Of a stretch of 64,000 nucleotides of DNA, positions 25,601-37,437 are shown piece by piece. This stretch comes from Eledone cirrhosa (lineage: Eukaryota). Below the pieces are notes generated by a model, which did not search any database, was not told where the DNA came from, and saw only the letters and a program-made list of their open reading frames with translations. The translations under genes and the position numbers were made by a program. Each line of letters starts with the position of its first letter. Position 1 is the first letter of the stretch. The DNA lies in contig OZ024744.1 of assembly GCA_964016885.1 (NCBI GenBank), positions 88,846,001 to 88,910,000 of the forward strand, read 5' to 3'.

Positions 25601-28200
25601 GAACTGGTAGATAAAGTAGAAGAGGTACTTAGGAGTGACAACATAGCCATCGTGCTAGCGACGAGAACGGCCTTGGACCAGTTCTTCGACGCAAAGCCGA
25701 AGGCTGCGTTGTCAGGAGCAAAATATGTGCTCTGGGAAACGAGGGAGCCAAAGCTGTTAGCTGGGCACGAGTGACAGAAGCGAAAAGCGGCAACAAGTTC
25801 ACGATTCGGTCTTTGAAGGACCAAGACGGACGCGTGATACGTGAGCCGAAGCAGATGTGCGCGGCCTTTCAGCAGCACTTTGCTCAACTGTTCGGGAAGG
25901 GCACCGCACCGGGAGGGGTTATGGATTTCGGTCCATACCTCGACGGCCGCCGCGACTCTCGGACAGCGAGACGAAGTTCTGCGAAAGGTCGATTTAGGCT
26001 GCTGAGATAGGGGACGCGCTGAGCCAATGCGGCAAACTCAAATCTCCAGTTCTTGAGAGTTTACCCGACGAATTTTACGTAGCAATGCCGGACTTGTTCT
26101 CCGGTCTCTTGGAAGCGGTCTACTGCAACTGGCAGCAGAACGGGAGAATTTCCAGTTCTGTGACCAAGGGCGTAGTCACGCTAGTCAGGAAGGACATGAA
26201 TAAGGGGGATGACATAGGCAACTTCCGGCCCATAACTCTGCTAAACAGGGAGTTATAGATTTTGGCCAAGGTGTTGGCAAAGGGGCTGGAGCTTGTCGTT
26301 GAAAACCTGGTGGGAGAAGATATGCGCAATCCCGACCAGGTCAATAGACGACAACCTCCGCCTCATGCGCAACCTCATAGAGAGGGTGAGGTGTAAACCC
26401 GGCTTCGGTGGGGCCCTGATCAACTTGGATCAGTCTAAGACTTTCGATAGGGTTGACCATCGTTACCTGGATGCGATGCTCGAAGCGGCAGGCTTCGACC
26501 CCGTGTTTAGGGGCTGGATTGCTACAATGCACAGCAGCAACATCTGCTCAAGGGTCAAGGTGAACGGCTACCTCTCGGAGCCGTTCCATATCACGCGATC
26601 CATCCGACTGAGATGCCCTCTCTCCTCCCTTCTGTACGTACTGACTCACGAGTCACTACTGCGGAAGTTGGAGCTATTGCAGGGCATCCCTTTGGAACCG
26701 GGACTGCGAAAAGAGGCGTCGGCCTACGCCGATGACGTGACACTAATGGTGTCGAGGACCTCGCAAATCGGGATGTCGGCACCTTACTGAAGGAATACGA
26801 AAGGTTCACAGGAGCGAAGCTGAACCGGGACAAATCCGTTGGTTTGCAACTCGGAACGTGGAGAGGCAAACCGATGCCTTCCGACAGCGTCGTGGGCCGC
26901 TGCACAGAAGGACCGTTAAAGCTGCTCGGTGTCTGGTTTGGTCCGGACCTCCAGGTGGAGAACTGGAACGAAGTGATGGTCAAGGTGTTTGCACTCACCC
27001 AGAAGTGGGCTGAGTGCAAACTATCCTTGAAAGCTCGAGCGGAGGTGGCGAACATTTTATAGCGTCCATCATCTACTACCGCTTGACCGTCGTGCCTTGT
27101 CCAGCCAAAACGCTCACCAAAATGGAGCGCACGCTCTTCCAATTCCTTTGGAAGAAACAGGCTCCTTTGGTGAGAAGATCCATCTGCTGCCCTTAAAAAG
27201 GAGGGCTGAGGATGCCGGGGCTGACGATGCGCAAACACGCGCTCAGGCTGCGGCACCTTCACGTATTCTTCACCGGACAACCGTGAGGCGAGCCTTCCTA
27301 CGACTCGTTTCGATGACCGAGCTGCAGTCTTGGGTCAAGCAAAGACCGAGGAAAATGAGCGACTGGCATATCGAATGTGCTCAGGCGCTCACAGTCCTCT
27401 GGCAAACGGACCCGGCGATCAGTGGAGATTCCACTTCGTCATTCTATACAGGGTTGGTCCGCAGCAAGTGCAGCAACGCGCTCTGGGCGTAGAGATGGAC
27501 GGACTGGCCAGTCTGTTCGGTAGGATCTTCCAAAAGTCCCTGGCCTGGCAGTGCTACCGAGGAGCTCTACGAGTTTGAGACAAGCTCTACAGACACGGGC
27601 ACCCGAGCAAGGATCCTTCGAAAACGTTCTGTCCGAGATGCGTGCGCGACCAGGAAACTGTCCCGCACGTATTTGTACACTGCCCGGGCGTTACCGACCT
27701 GTGGGGCTATTGTCGCGGGTGGGACCAATCCAGTTGACCACCGAGTCTATTGTCATGACCAAACCGCCACCCTCCTTCAAAAACGAAAGAGAGGCGGTTT
27801 TCCTATATGTTATGGATAATGGTGAAAGAGGTTATATGGTGGACGAGGTTAAAAGGGCTGAGGTCAGACGCCTTTCTCTCCGGCGAACAACTGATTCGTT
27901 TTTTCAAATATCATTTTGGGAGAGGAATCAGGATGGAGAGAGAGGTGCTGCACTCCAGCAAATTTTATGAAAGGTGGGTGAATGTGGCAAAGATGGCCCG
28001 AGTGATTGGGCTTTCTCTCTATATAAGCCTGTAGGTTGAGGAAAAAGAGGAAGAGAGGAAGGGAGTACTCACTCTTGGTGCTCCTGGAGATGAGGGCTGT
28101 ACATTGGGGATTTCAATTGTTATTTGTTGTTTTATTAATAGTTTTATTTTCATATACCTGCATGTAAACTCCCCATTTGTATTTGTCCCCTTCTTTAATG
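22653..28200 (+). mobile_element. Tx1-like non-LTR retrotransposon, copy E (same family as A; decayed, extreme 3' end missing)
   Basis: Preceded by TATCTATC. ORF1 from 22862 (MAEATTS). ORF2 24738-28034 with APE, RT (YADD) and 3' homology to B-D. Confidence 0.94.
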
Positions 28201-28599
28201 CAGGACTCCCGAACGTTATGTTCCATTCTTTTCAGGAGCGACGAATACTATGACGCGGTTTAGGAAAGATCTCTGCATAAACTTACATATTTAACTATAT
28301 CTGATTTTGTTACATCTCTCCCATGTGTAGGTTTAGCTGATCTCCAATTAGATTGCATCCCAAAGGATGTTTATTGGGTGGTTTAATGATAGGGGCCATT
28401 GTTCTAACATGTTTTTACAGCTCTCCTTTATGTAGATTTTGCTGGCCTCCTAAGAGGTTACATCTCAGTGGATGTTTCTTGACTGCTTTAATGATAGGGA
28501 CTCCGGGTCTATCACATTCCTACAGAGATTTCGCTGGCGTCCAACAAGATTTGTATTTCATGGCAGGATTCTCGGGTGTTTTAATGATAGCTAAGTAGA

Positions 28600-28972
<373 letters not shown>

Positions 28973-29137
28973 CGTATAAAATAATGGTTGGTGGGAGTGT
29001 CGGGAGGAGGAGGCGGGTCTGAAGATCGATCTAAAAAGCTAACGATAAGTTGCTTCATTACTTAAATTAAAGATCTCATGTTACATATTTATTTATTGCA
29101 AATGTTTCTACATCGAAGAAGTCGATGTACGAGAAGA

Positions 29138-29455
29138 TTACTGGTACTTTATTTTATCGACCCCGTAAGGGTGAAAGGCAAAGTTAACCAAGGCGGGATT
29201 TGAACTCAGAACGTAAAGGGCAGTAGCTCTATGCCACAAGCAAGTTGTCCGACACTGTAATAATTTTTTCTACTTTTGGCACAAGGCCAGCAATTACCCC
29301 TGTGTATTACTGGTACTTTATTTTATCGACCCCCCCCGTAAGGATGAAAGGCAAAGTTAACCTCGGCCGGTTTTGAACTCAGACCGTAAAGCGACGTAAC
29401 TCTGTGTAGTAAAGCATGGCGTCCGACCTTCTACCGATACTGCCAATTCTCCGCC
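29138..29455 (-). mobile_element. Two tandem tRNA-derived SINE copies (main family)
   Basis: Reverse complement of GAGTTCAAATCC (B-box) ... CTTTCATCCTTACGGGGTCGATAAAATAAAGTACCAG ... GGCCTTGTGCC. Confidence 0.85.
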
Positions 29456-29511
29456 CTTGTTGCATGAGAAGATAATGATAATTTGTCATTATATATAAAA
29501 AATATATCGCT

Positions 29512-29723
29512 AGAGTCGGAGAGTATTGGTAGAGAGTCGGATATCATGCTTTGCAGCATAGAGTTACGGCCCTTAACGGTCTGAGTTCAAATCCTTCCGA
29601 GGTTAATTTTGCCTTTCATCCTTATGGGATCGATAAAATAAAGCACCAGTAATTCAATCGGGTCGATTTAATCGTCTTACCCTCCCCCCAAAATTACTGG
29701 CCTTGTGCCTCTACTAGAAATCA
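29512..29723 (+). mobile_element. SINE, long-tail subfamily
   Basis: B-box GAGTTCAAATCC, conserved core, tail GGTCGATTTAATCG..CCCTCCCCCCAAAATTACTGGCCTTGTGCCTCTACTAGAAATCA. Confidence 0.85.
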
Positions 29724-30800
29724 TCTACTTATATATATAACCAGCAATTTCTCTGTCTGTCTGTCCGACAGTGGAAACACGTGCGTAGAGAGAGAGTGAG
29801 AGTGAAAGAAAGAGACAGACTACGAGAGGGGGATAGCGGGAGGGAGAGAGGAAGAGAGAGAGAGTGAATAGACGCTAAAACACGTGCTACAGAAATATTA
29901 CCTTCCCCTTCCTTTCTCCACTTTGGTACTACCAAGAGAAACACTGTCGCTATAGAAACATTACCTTCCCCTCTCCACTGACTTTGGTCACTGAGGCCGA
30001 GGGAATCGCTGGTTGCCATAGAGACACCTTGCACAAGCCAGAAGTAACCTGTTCGAGGCGGTTCTGACTTGACACCATGCGAAGAAGGTTGCCATTGAAT
30101 TTGTGGTTTGAAGAAGGTTGCTATTGAATTTGTGGTTGTTGCTGCTGATAATAAGGACCATTTGAAGAAGGTTGCTGCTGATGAAGTAATTTATTAATCA
30201 GATTGCGCAGTTCCATAACCTACGTTTGATTTGTTCAATATTTTTGTTCAATTTTTTTGTTGTTTTTTTTTTATTTCTTATTGAAAAAATATAAATAATA
30301 AAATAAGGCTAGAAATTTAAATACAATTAAATACGATTTAATTTCCATTTCCAGCAGCCAATCTCCAGTGTTTAATTTCATGAAAAAATTGGAAAATACA
30401 ATTAAATACGATTTAATTTCCATTTCCAGCAGCCAATCTCCAGTGTTTAATTTCATGAAAAAATTGGAAATAATTCAAAAAATTGAAGTTTAACTTTTGA
30501 ACATTTGTTTTGTCAATAAAAAAATATTTCCTTATTCACACCTAATGGTATGATTAAAATTTCATAGGAATATTTTTTTCTAACCGCCAGTTATTTATTT
30601 TCTCCTCTTTCGTTTTAACATATATTTATTTCAAAGATTTCACCGTATAGATAACATATATATTTATACATGCATAAAAGACACACCGAGAGACGGTGAA
30701 CATGTGGTGCCGAAAACATTCCTCATCCAAATCTCAACAATATCAGTATATACACTAGATTTGCTAGCAGAAAACCGCCCACCCGGTGGCTTTCTGCTAG
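29724..30800 (+). mobile_element. Putative non-autonomous Helitron
   Basis: A|TCTACTTATATATATAA 5' end followed by (CTGT)n; 3' palindrome ending in CTAG at 30800; internal ~75-bp duplication at 30319-30470. Confidence 0.5.
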
Positions 30801-31441
30801 TCTATATATATAAAACAGAGGATGTCTGTGTGTGTCTGTGTGTGTGAGTATGTGAGTTCGAATCCCTAAAACTCGAGAAGTACCGAACTGACTTTTTTCA
30901 AACTTTACATGTGTATTACTTATGTTTCAGGGAGTGTTATGCACATAAAAATATATTCAACTTTTTTATCCCCTAGGCTACGCATTAGGTTAAAAACTGC
31001 GTTTTTTTCAGTTTTTTAGGGGTTTTTTGAGGCGTTACGTCAGTTGATTTCCCTGAAATTGTAACTCTATGTATTAGTCAGTCTCTTCTTCACACCGCGA
31101 GCAAAGAAAATCCAACTTTTTTATGGCCTAGGGCCCTAATTAGGTGAAAAACTTCCTTTTATCAGCTTTTTGGGTCTTTTAGGAGGCGTTACGTCTAGCC
31201 GATTTTCCCAAAATTTCAAGGCATTTTATTCACATTAAAAAAAATTCATTTTCTTGATCCACTAGGGTCCGAATTGGGGGAAAACCTGCATTTTTCCGGC
31301 TTCATCGAGGAAAATCTTAGAGAATTCGGTTTATTTTTTTTTTACATATTGTCCAGCCATGCAGTTTTTCCACGATTAGGTCTGTTGGCAGCCCGCGTTC
31401 CAAAAAAGCTTATCCCGTGCAACGCCGGGTACTACTGCTAG
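30801..31441 (+). mobile_element. Non-autonomous Helitron, 641 bp
   Basis: 5' TCTATATATATAAAA; 3' hairpin CCCG-TGCAACGC-CGGG then CTAG|T; second copy at 56499-57140. Confidence 0.85.
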
Positions 31442-31607
31442 TTATATATTTACATCACCAGAGGGCGTTAGCCCTCCGGTGTTTGCATAGCTACGGACGG
31501 CTTCCTAAACCCGTATTTCTTTGTAGATACGAAATATTTATACATATTGTATAAAGATATGCTTGAAACGAAATCCTATTTCTCTTTTATATATATATAA
31601 CAGAAAA

Positions 31608-31918
31608 AGAAAAATCAGAGATGCATCTGAACTCGATTTATTGTGTGTTACAATTGTTTCGCCGGCGGACAGCTCGAGACGCGATCATTGTGTGGATCTG
31701 TCTGATTCTGGACTCGCAGGTTCGACGGACTCGTCTAAGGATTTCGGAGCATATGAGAGCATATGAGAGAATATGCTCCGAAATCATTAGATGTGTCCGT
31801 CGAACCTGCGGGTCCAGAATCAGACAGATCCACACAATGATCGCGTCTCGAGCTGTCCGCCGGCGAAACAATTGTAACACACAATAAATTGAGTTCAGAT
31901 GCATCTCTGATTTTTCGT
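31608..31918. mobile_element. Palindromic insertion (~145-bp arms), PLE pseudo-LTR-like, between TA runs
   Basis: Arms are near-perfect reverse complements (the ORF track gives nearly the same peptide on both strands); hammerhead-like 3' half in each arm. Confidence 0.7.
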
Positions 31919-32003
31919 TTTATATTATATCATACTCTGCTCTGTAAGAACATAGAGTGCTCAACCTGCATACCGCCTATGGAAGCATCTTAGCTACCAT
32001 CAG

Positions 32004-32093
<90 letters not shown>

Positions 32094-32097
<4 letters not shown>

Positions 32098-32232
32098 GTT
32101 TCTACTTTTGGCCCAAGGTCATCAATTACCCAGTGCATTACTGGTACTTTATTTCATCCTTACGGGGTCGATAAAATAAAGTACCAGTAATGTATTGGGT
32201 AATTGCTGGCCTTTTGCCAAAAGTAGAAACAA
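32094..32232. mobile_element. Fold-back SINE made of two inverted 3' halves, between (TA)n runs
   Basis: TTGTTTCTACTTTTGG...TACTGGTACTTTATTT / AAATAAAGTACCAGTA...CCAAAAGTAGAAACAA. Confidence 0.8.
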
Positions 32233-32264
32233 CTATATATATATATGTATATATATATATATAA

Positions 32265-32373
<109 letters not shown>

Positions 32374-32519
32374 AATACATATATATATATGTATATATAT
32401 ATAAATACATATATATATATATAGATATATATATAATATATTTATATATTTTCCAAGAAAAACTTGAACCGTTAAGGTATTTTTTCTTGATTATGTCAAT
32501 ATTTATAAAACAAACTTTG

Positions 32520-32625
32520 TATTTTATCTGATGAGAGCGTGCCAGAGTATTGGTACCCTTCAAATATATATGATAGAATAAATATGGTTTTATAAATATA
32601 GTTTCCATTTATTTAATATCATTGT
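32520..32625 (+). ncRNA. Degenerate hammerhead motif (GAAA changed to CAAA) with adjacent flank; same family as 48870-48995
   Basis: CTGATGA at 32528, stem II, CAAA, TATATA, TG; downstream sequence matches the reverse complement of 48870-48922. Confidence 0.55.
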
Positions 32626-33556
32626 GTATATATATAATTGGTGTGGGATGCTTAAAGCGTCCGTTAGCGGTAGGCTGTTCGAGCACTCGATGCTCTTACA
32701 GAACAGAGTATGATATCACATAAGAAACGGAGAATCAGTGTTGCGACGAATACAATTTATTAGACATATTACAATCGTTTCTCTGGCGACCAGCTCGAGG
32801 CACGATCGATGCAATGATCGAACCTGACTCTGAAATCACATGCGCCTCGGATACGTCTCGATTCTACGAAGCAGAGTTTCAAAATGTCCAGTTAGTCCCG
32901 CGGCCCTCACTCGGCAGCTTAGATCCTGTTGTTGTTACTCTATGAGTGGTCAAGAATTGTACACGTCATCGGTATTTTTGGCCACTCATGGCCGTTCTAT
33001 ATTTGGTTCCTTTCATTCGCCACCTGTCAACCAAAGTTGTTTCTTAAATCAGAATTACTACTGTAGGAGGTAAGGGGTTGTATGATAGAAACGCTCGCGC
33101 CCTGTCGCCGGCTTCTCCACCTGTAGGCGCCCTCACACATGTCCATGTTTCACGTAGGCGTGATACATACGGGCACTTATAGACCCACAGCGATCACGTA
33201 CACACCCGCAACTGTATTATAAGCGACAATCACAGTAGATATTGAATGTGCAGCGAATACTTAGAAACAATTTTTTTTTTTAAACATTTAAAACATTTAA
33301 CAGAACGTTTCAGAAAAATACACCTAAAATACCTTAAAAATCACACATTTCAAAAGGAAAAACCCTGTAAAAAGAGCGTTTTTTTAAAGAATGCTTGAAA
33401 TAGCCTTTCAAAAAAGTTAATTCAAAGGTATTTTTGATAAATATATACATATCTACACACACACACACACGTATATACTTCCTCGAGCTGGTCACCAGAG
33501 AAACGATTGTAATATGTCTAATAAATTCTATTCGTCGCAACACTGATTCTCCGTTT

Positions 33557-33599
<43 letters not shown>

Positions 33600-33873
33600 A
33601 TAATAATAAATGTGAAGACTAAAATCCAAAGAGGGCTCGATAAGGATAAATATATATCAAATATATAAGAACCCGTTAAGGGGGAAAGGAGCGATTCTTT
33701 GCTTAAACTTTAATCTATATATATATATATATATTAGGTATAGGATTATCCTAGATGTAGTAGTGGTTAATTGCTACACCGGATATGGTTGACGTACGGT
33801 GAGAGGTTACTCTACGAGTTATGGAAGAATTGTTGAAGAAACTTAGTTCCTGATCCTTCTGTATTCCGGAGTG

Positions 33874-34214
33874 TATATAAAGAATGAATAATAACAGGTA
33901 GACATCATAAAAAGGTAATTTATTCCGTGTGCTTACAAATGTTTCCACGGTGGTACTACAGCCTAGTTATGCTATGTGCAAATTTACAACTATTTGCAGA
34001 ACTCAAATATCCAATGCTGTGACCACTGTATCGTCAGAGCAGAATGGTTAAAATGTACAATGTAAATACAGCATTGGATATTTGAGTTCTGCAAATAGTT
34101 GTAAATTTGCACATAGCATAACTAGGCTGTAGTACCACCGTGGAAACATTTGTAAGCACACGGAATAAATTACCTTTTTATGATGTCTACCTGTTATTAT
34201 TCATTCTTTATATA
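33874..34214. mobile_element. Palindromic PLE-type insertion (~147-bp arms, 47-bp spacer)
   Basis: 33874-34020 is the reverse complement of 34068-34214. Confidence 0.8.
33930..34041 (-). ncRNA. Type I hammerhead ribozyme with a long stem II insertion
   Basis: Minus strand: TGCT-CTGACGA-(stem II ~85 nt, GTGGT/ACCAC and ACAGC/GCTGT)-GAAA-CATTTG-TA-AGCA; GUA cleavage triplet. Confidence 0.78.
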
Positions 34215-34227
34215 TATATATATATAT

Positions 34228-34413
34228 AATTCTTTCTACTTTAGGCACAAGGCCAGCAATTACCCAGTGCATTACTGGTACTTTATTTTATCGACCCCGT
34301 AAGGATGAAAGGCAAAGTCAACCTCGGCGGGATTTGAACTCAGATCGTAAAGGGACATAACTATGTTGGAAAGCATGGCGTCCGACCCTCTACCGATACT
34401 GCCAATCCAACGC
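34228..34413 (-). mobile_element. Full-length tRNA-derived SINE directly downstream of tRNA-Gly
   Basis: A-box-like TGGCAGTATCGG, B-box GAGTTCAAATCC, core and tail. Confidence 0.9.
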
Positions 34414-34415
34414 CT

Positions 34416-34420
34416 AAAAA
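34416..34420 (-). terminator. Pol III T5 terminator of tRNA-Gly
   Basis: TTTTT on the minus strand 7 nt after the tRNA. Confidence 0.75.
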
Positions 34421-34427
34421 TTAGAGT

Positions 34428-34498
34428 TGCATCGGCCGGGAATCGAACCCGGGCCGCCCGCGTGGCAGGCGAGCATTCTACCACTGAACCACCGATGC
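34428..34498 (-). tRNA. tRNA-Gly (GCC)
   Basis: GCATCGGTGGTTCAGTGGTAGAATGCTCGCCTGCCACGCGGGCGGCCCGGGTTCGATTCCCGGCCGATGCA: intact cloverleaf, anticodon GCC, no encoded CCA. Confidence 0.97.
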
Positions 34499-35007
34499 TT
34501 TATATATATTAAGGTTTGTTGTCGTTCATAATGTTGTCAGTGTTGTTTTATTTAACGCCAGCTCAACAACAATAAATCAAACAACAAGTAGAGGCTACCT
34601 CACTGGTTACTTCGCTGCCTAGTCCGCTAGCTACCTCACTAGCTACCCCCACTGGCTTTCTCGCTGGCTACTTCATTGGCTACCTCATTGACTATCTCCT
34701 TAGCTATCTCTCTGGCTAACTCCCTCGCCACCCGGTTGGCTATCTCACAGGATATCTCGTTGGCTACCTTGCTAGCTACCTCGCTAGCTACATCGCTGGC
34801 TTAAATTGGTGAGAAACTCTCAGGAGAGCTGGACACCAGAAAAGGTCTTCATAGAAGATCACCCCAGCCCCACCACCACCATCAGAGAAATGGGCTACTT
34901 ATCTACAAACATTTGTCTTAAAACAAAAATATATTTGCAAATATCTGCATACGAGTAACACTCCAATAACAAGATTATTGCTAAACGCTAAAATTTCGAT
35001 ACGATCC

Positions 35008-36254
35008 AGGGTACATTAGAATACCTGAAGTACATTCGGGTGGTTTGTGACTTACCTCAGTAAACAATTGTTACATTGTGCTTTTTATTTTAGGTACATT
35101 AGAATACCTGAAGTACATTCGGGTGGTTTGTGACTTACCTCAGTAAACAATTGTTACATTGTGCTTTTTATTTTAGGTACATTAGAATACCTGAAGTACA
35201 TTCGGGTGGTTTGTAACTTACCTCAGTAAACAATTGTTACATTGTGCTTTTTATTTTAGGTACATTAGAATACCTGAAGTACCTTCGGGTGGTTTGTGAC
35301 TTACTTCAGTAAACAATTTTTACATTGTGCTTTTTATTTTAGGTACATTAGAATACCTGAAGTACATTCGGGTGGTTTGTGACTTACCTCAGTAAACAAT
35401 TGTTACATTGTGCTTTTTATTTTAGATACATTAGAATACCTGAAGTACATTCGGGTGGTTTGTGACTTACCTCAGTAAACAATTGTTACATTGTGCTTTT
35501 TATTTTAGGTACATTAGAATACCTGAAGTACATTCGGGTGGTTTGTAACTTACCTCAGTAAACAATTGTTACATTGTGCTTTTTATTTTAGGTACATTAG
35601 AATACCTGAAGTACATTCGGGTGGTTTGTAACTTACCTCAGTAAACAATTGTTACATTGTGCTTTTTATTTTAGGTACATTAGAATACCTGAAGTACATT
35701 CGGGTGGTTTGTGACTTACCTCAGTAAACAATTGTTACATTGTGCTTTTTATTTTAGGTACATTAGAATACCTGAAGTACCTTCGGGTGGTTTGTGACTT
35801 ACTTCAGTAAACAATTGTTACATTGTGCTTTTTATTTTAGGTACATTAGAATACCTGAAGTACATTCGGGTGGTTTGTGACTTACCTCAGTAAACAATTG
35901 TTACATTGTGCTTTTTATTTTAGGAACATTAGAATACCTGAAGTACATTCGGGTGGTTTGTAACTTACCTCAGTAAACAATTGTTACATTGTGCTTTTTA
36001 TTTTAGGTACATTAGAATACCTGAAGTACATTCGGGTGGTTTGTGACTTACCTCAGTAAACAATTGTTACATTGTGCTTTTTATTTTAGGTACATTAGAA
36101 TACCTGAAGTACATTCGGGTGGTTTGTGACTTACCTCAGTAAACAATTGTTACATTGTGCTTTTTATTTTAGGTACATTAGAATACCTGAAGTACCTTCG
36201 GGTGGTTTGTGACTTACCTCAGTAAACAATTGTTACATTGTACTTTTTATTTTA
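35008..36254. repeat. 83-bp tandem repeat, about 15 highly homogeneous copies
   Basis: Unit AGGTACATTAGAATACCTGAAG...GTGCTTTTTATTTT, period 83 (35258, 35341). Confidence 0.96.
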
Positions 36255-36416
36255 CTGGTTACTTCTCTTCATAATCATCGATATACTTGACTTATAGCAT
36301 TTCACTAACAACGCGGCAAATTCTACGATAGACGTAACGTTCGTTGCTCGACAGACCTTTGACCATAAATACTCTGTACACATATATATGTACTTATGTA
36401 CTTAAGACTATTATGT

Positions 36417-36728
36417 ATTGGCAGTATCGGTAGAGGGTCGGGCGGTGGATTGGCAGTATCGGTAGAGAGTCGGGCGGTGGATTGGCAGTATCGGTAGAGA
36501 GTCGGACGGTGGATTGGCAGTATCGGTAGAGAGTCGGACGGTGGATTGGCAGTATCGGTAGAGAGTCGGACGCCATGCTTTCAAACATAGTGTTACGTCC
36601 CTTTACGATCTGAGTTCAAATCCCGCCATGGTTAACTTTGCATTTCATCCTTACGTGGTCGATAAAGTAAAGTACCAGTAATGCATTGGGAATAATTGCT
36701 GGCCTTGTGCCACAAGTAGAAACAATTA
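36417..36728 (+). mobile_element. SINE whose 5' 32-bp segment is tandemly repeated about 5 times
   Basis: GTGGATTGGCAGTATCGGTAGAGAGTCGG(A/G)CG repeats followed by a normal SINE body. Confidence 0.9.
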
Positions 36729-36749
36729 TGTATTTAAGACTATTGATTT

Positions 36750-37437
36750 AGATGTATGTATATGTATGTCTATGTATGTGTGTATTTATGTGTGTGTGTG
36801 TGTGTGTATGCGCGCGTATGTGAAAGTGTGTGTGTGTGTGTGTGTGGTTATGCGTATGTGTTTGTGTGTCTGCGTGTATGTGGTTATGCGTAGTATTTAT
36901 ATGCGTGTGTGTGTGCGCGCGTATCTGTGAGTGTGTCTGTATGGTTATGCGTATGTGTTTGAGTATGTGTTTGTGTGTCTGCGTGTGTGTGGTTATGCCT
37001 ATGTATTTGCGTGTGTGCGTGTGTGTATGTATGTGTGGTTATGCGTATGTGTTTGTGTGTGTATGTGTGTATGTATGCGTATGTGTTTGTGTTATGTATG
37101 TGTGTATTTGTGTGTGTGTGTGTGTGTGCGCGCGCGCGCGCGCGTATGTGAGAGAGAGTGTGTGTTTGTGTGTGCGTGTGCGTGCGTATCTGAGAGTGTG
37201 TGTGGTTATGCGCATGTGTTTGTGTGTCTGCGTGTATATGTGTTTGTGTATGTGTTTGTGTATGTGTGTGCATGTGTATGAGCTTGTCTGTGTGTATGTG
37301 TGTGTGGGGGGGGGGGGGTATGCGTATGTGTTTGTGTATGTATGTGCATGTATATGTGTTTGTGTATGTGTGTGCATATGTATGTGCTTGTGTATGTGTA
37401 TGTGTGTGGATATGTATATGCTTGTGTATGTGTATGT
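36750..37437. repeat. Degenerate (TG)n tract
   Basis: Low complexity. Confidence 0.9.
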
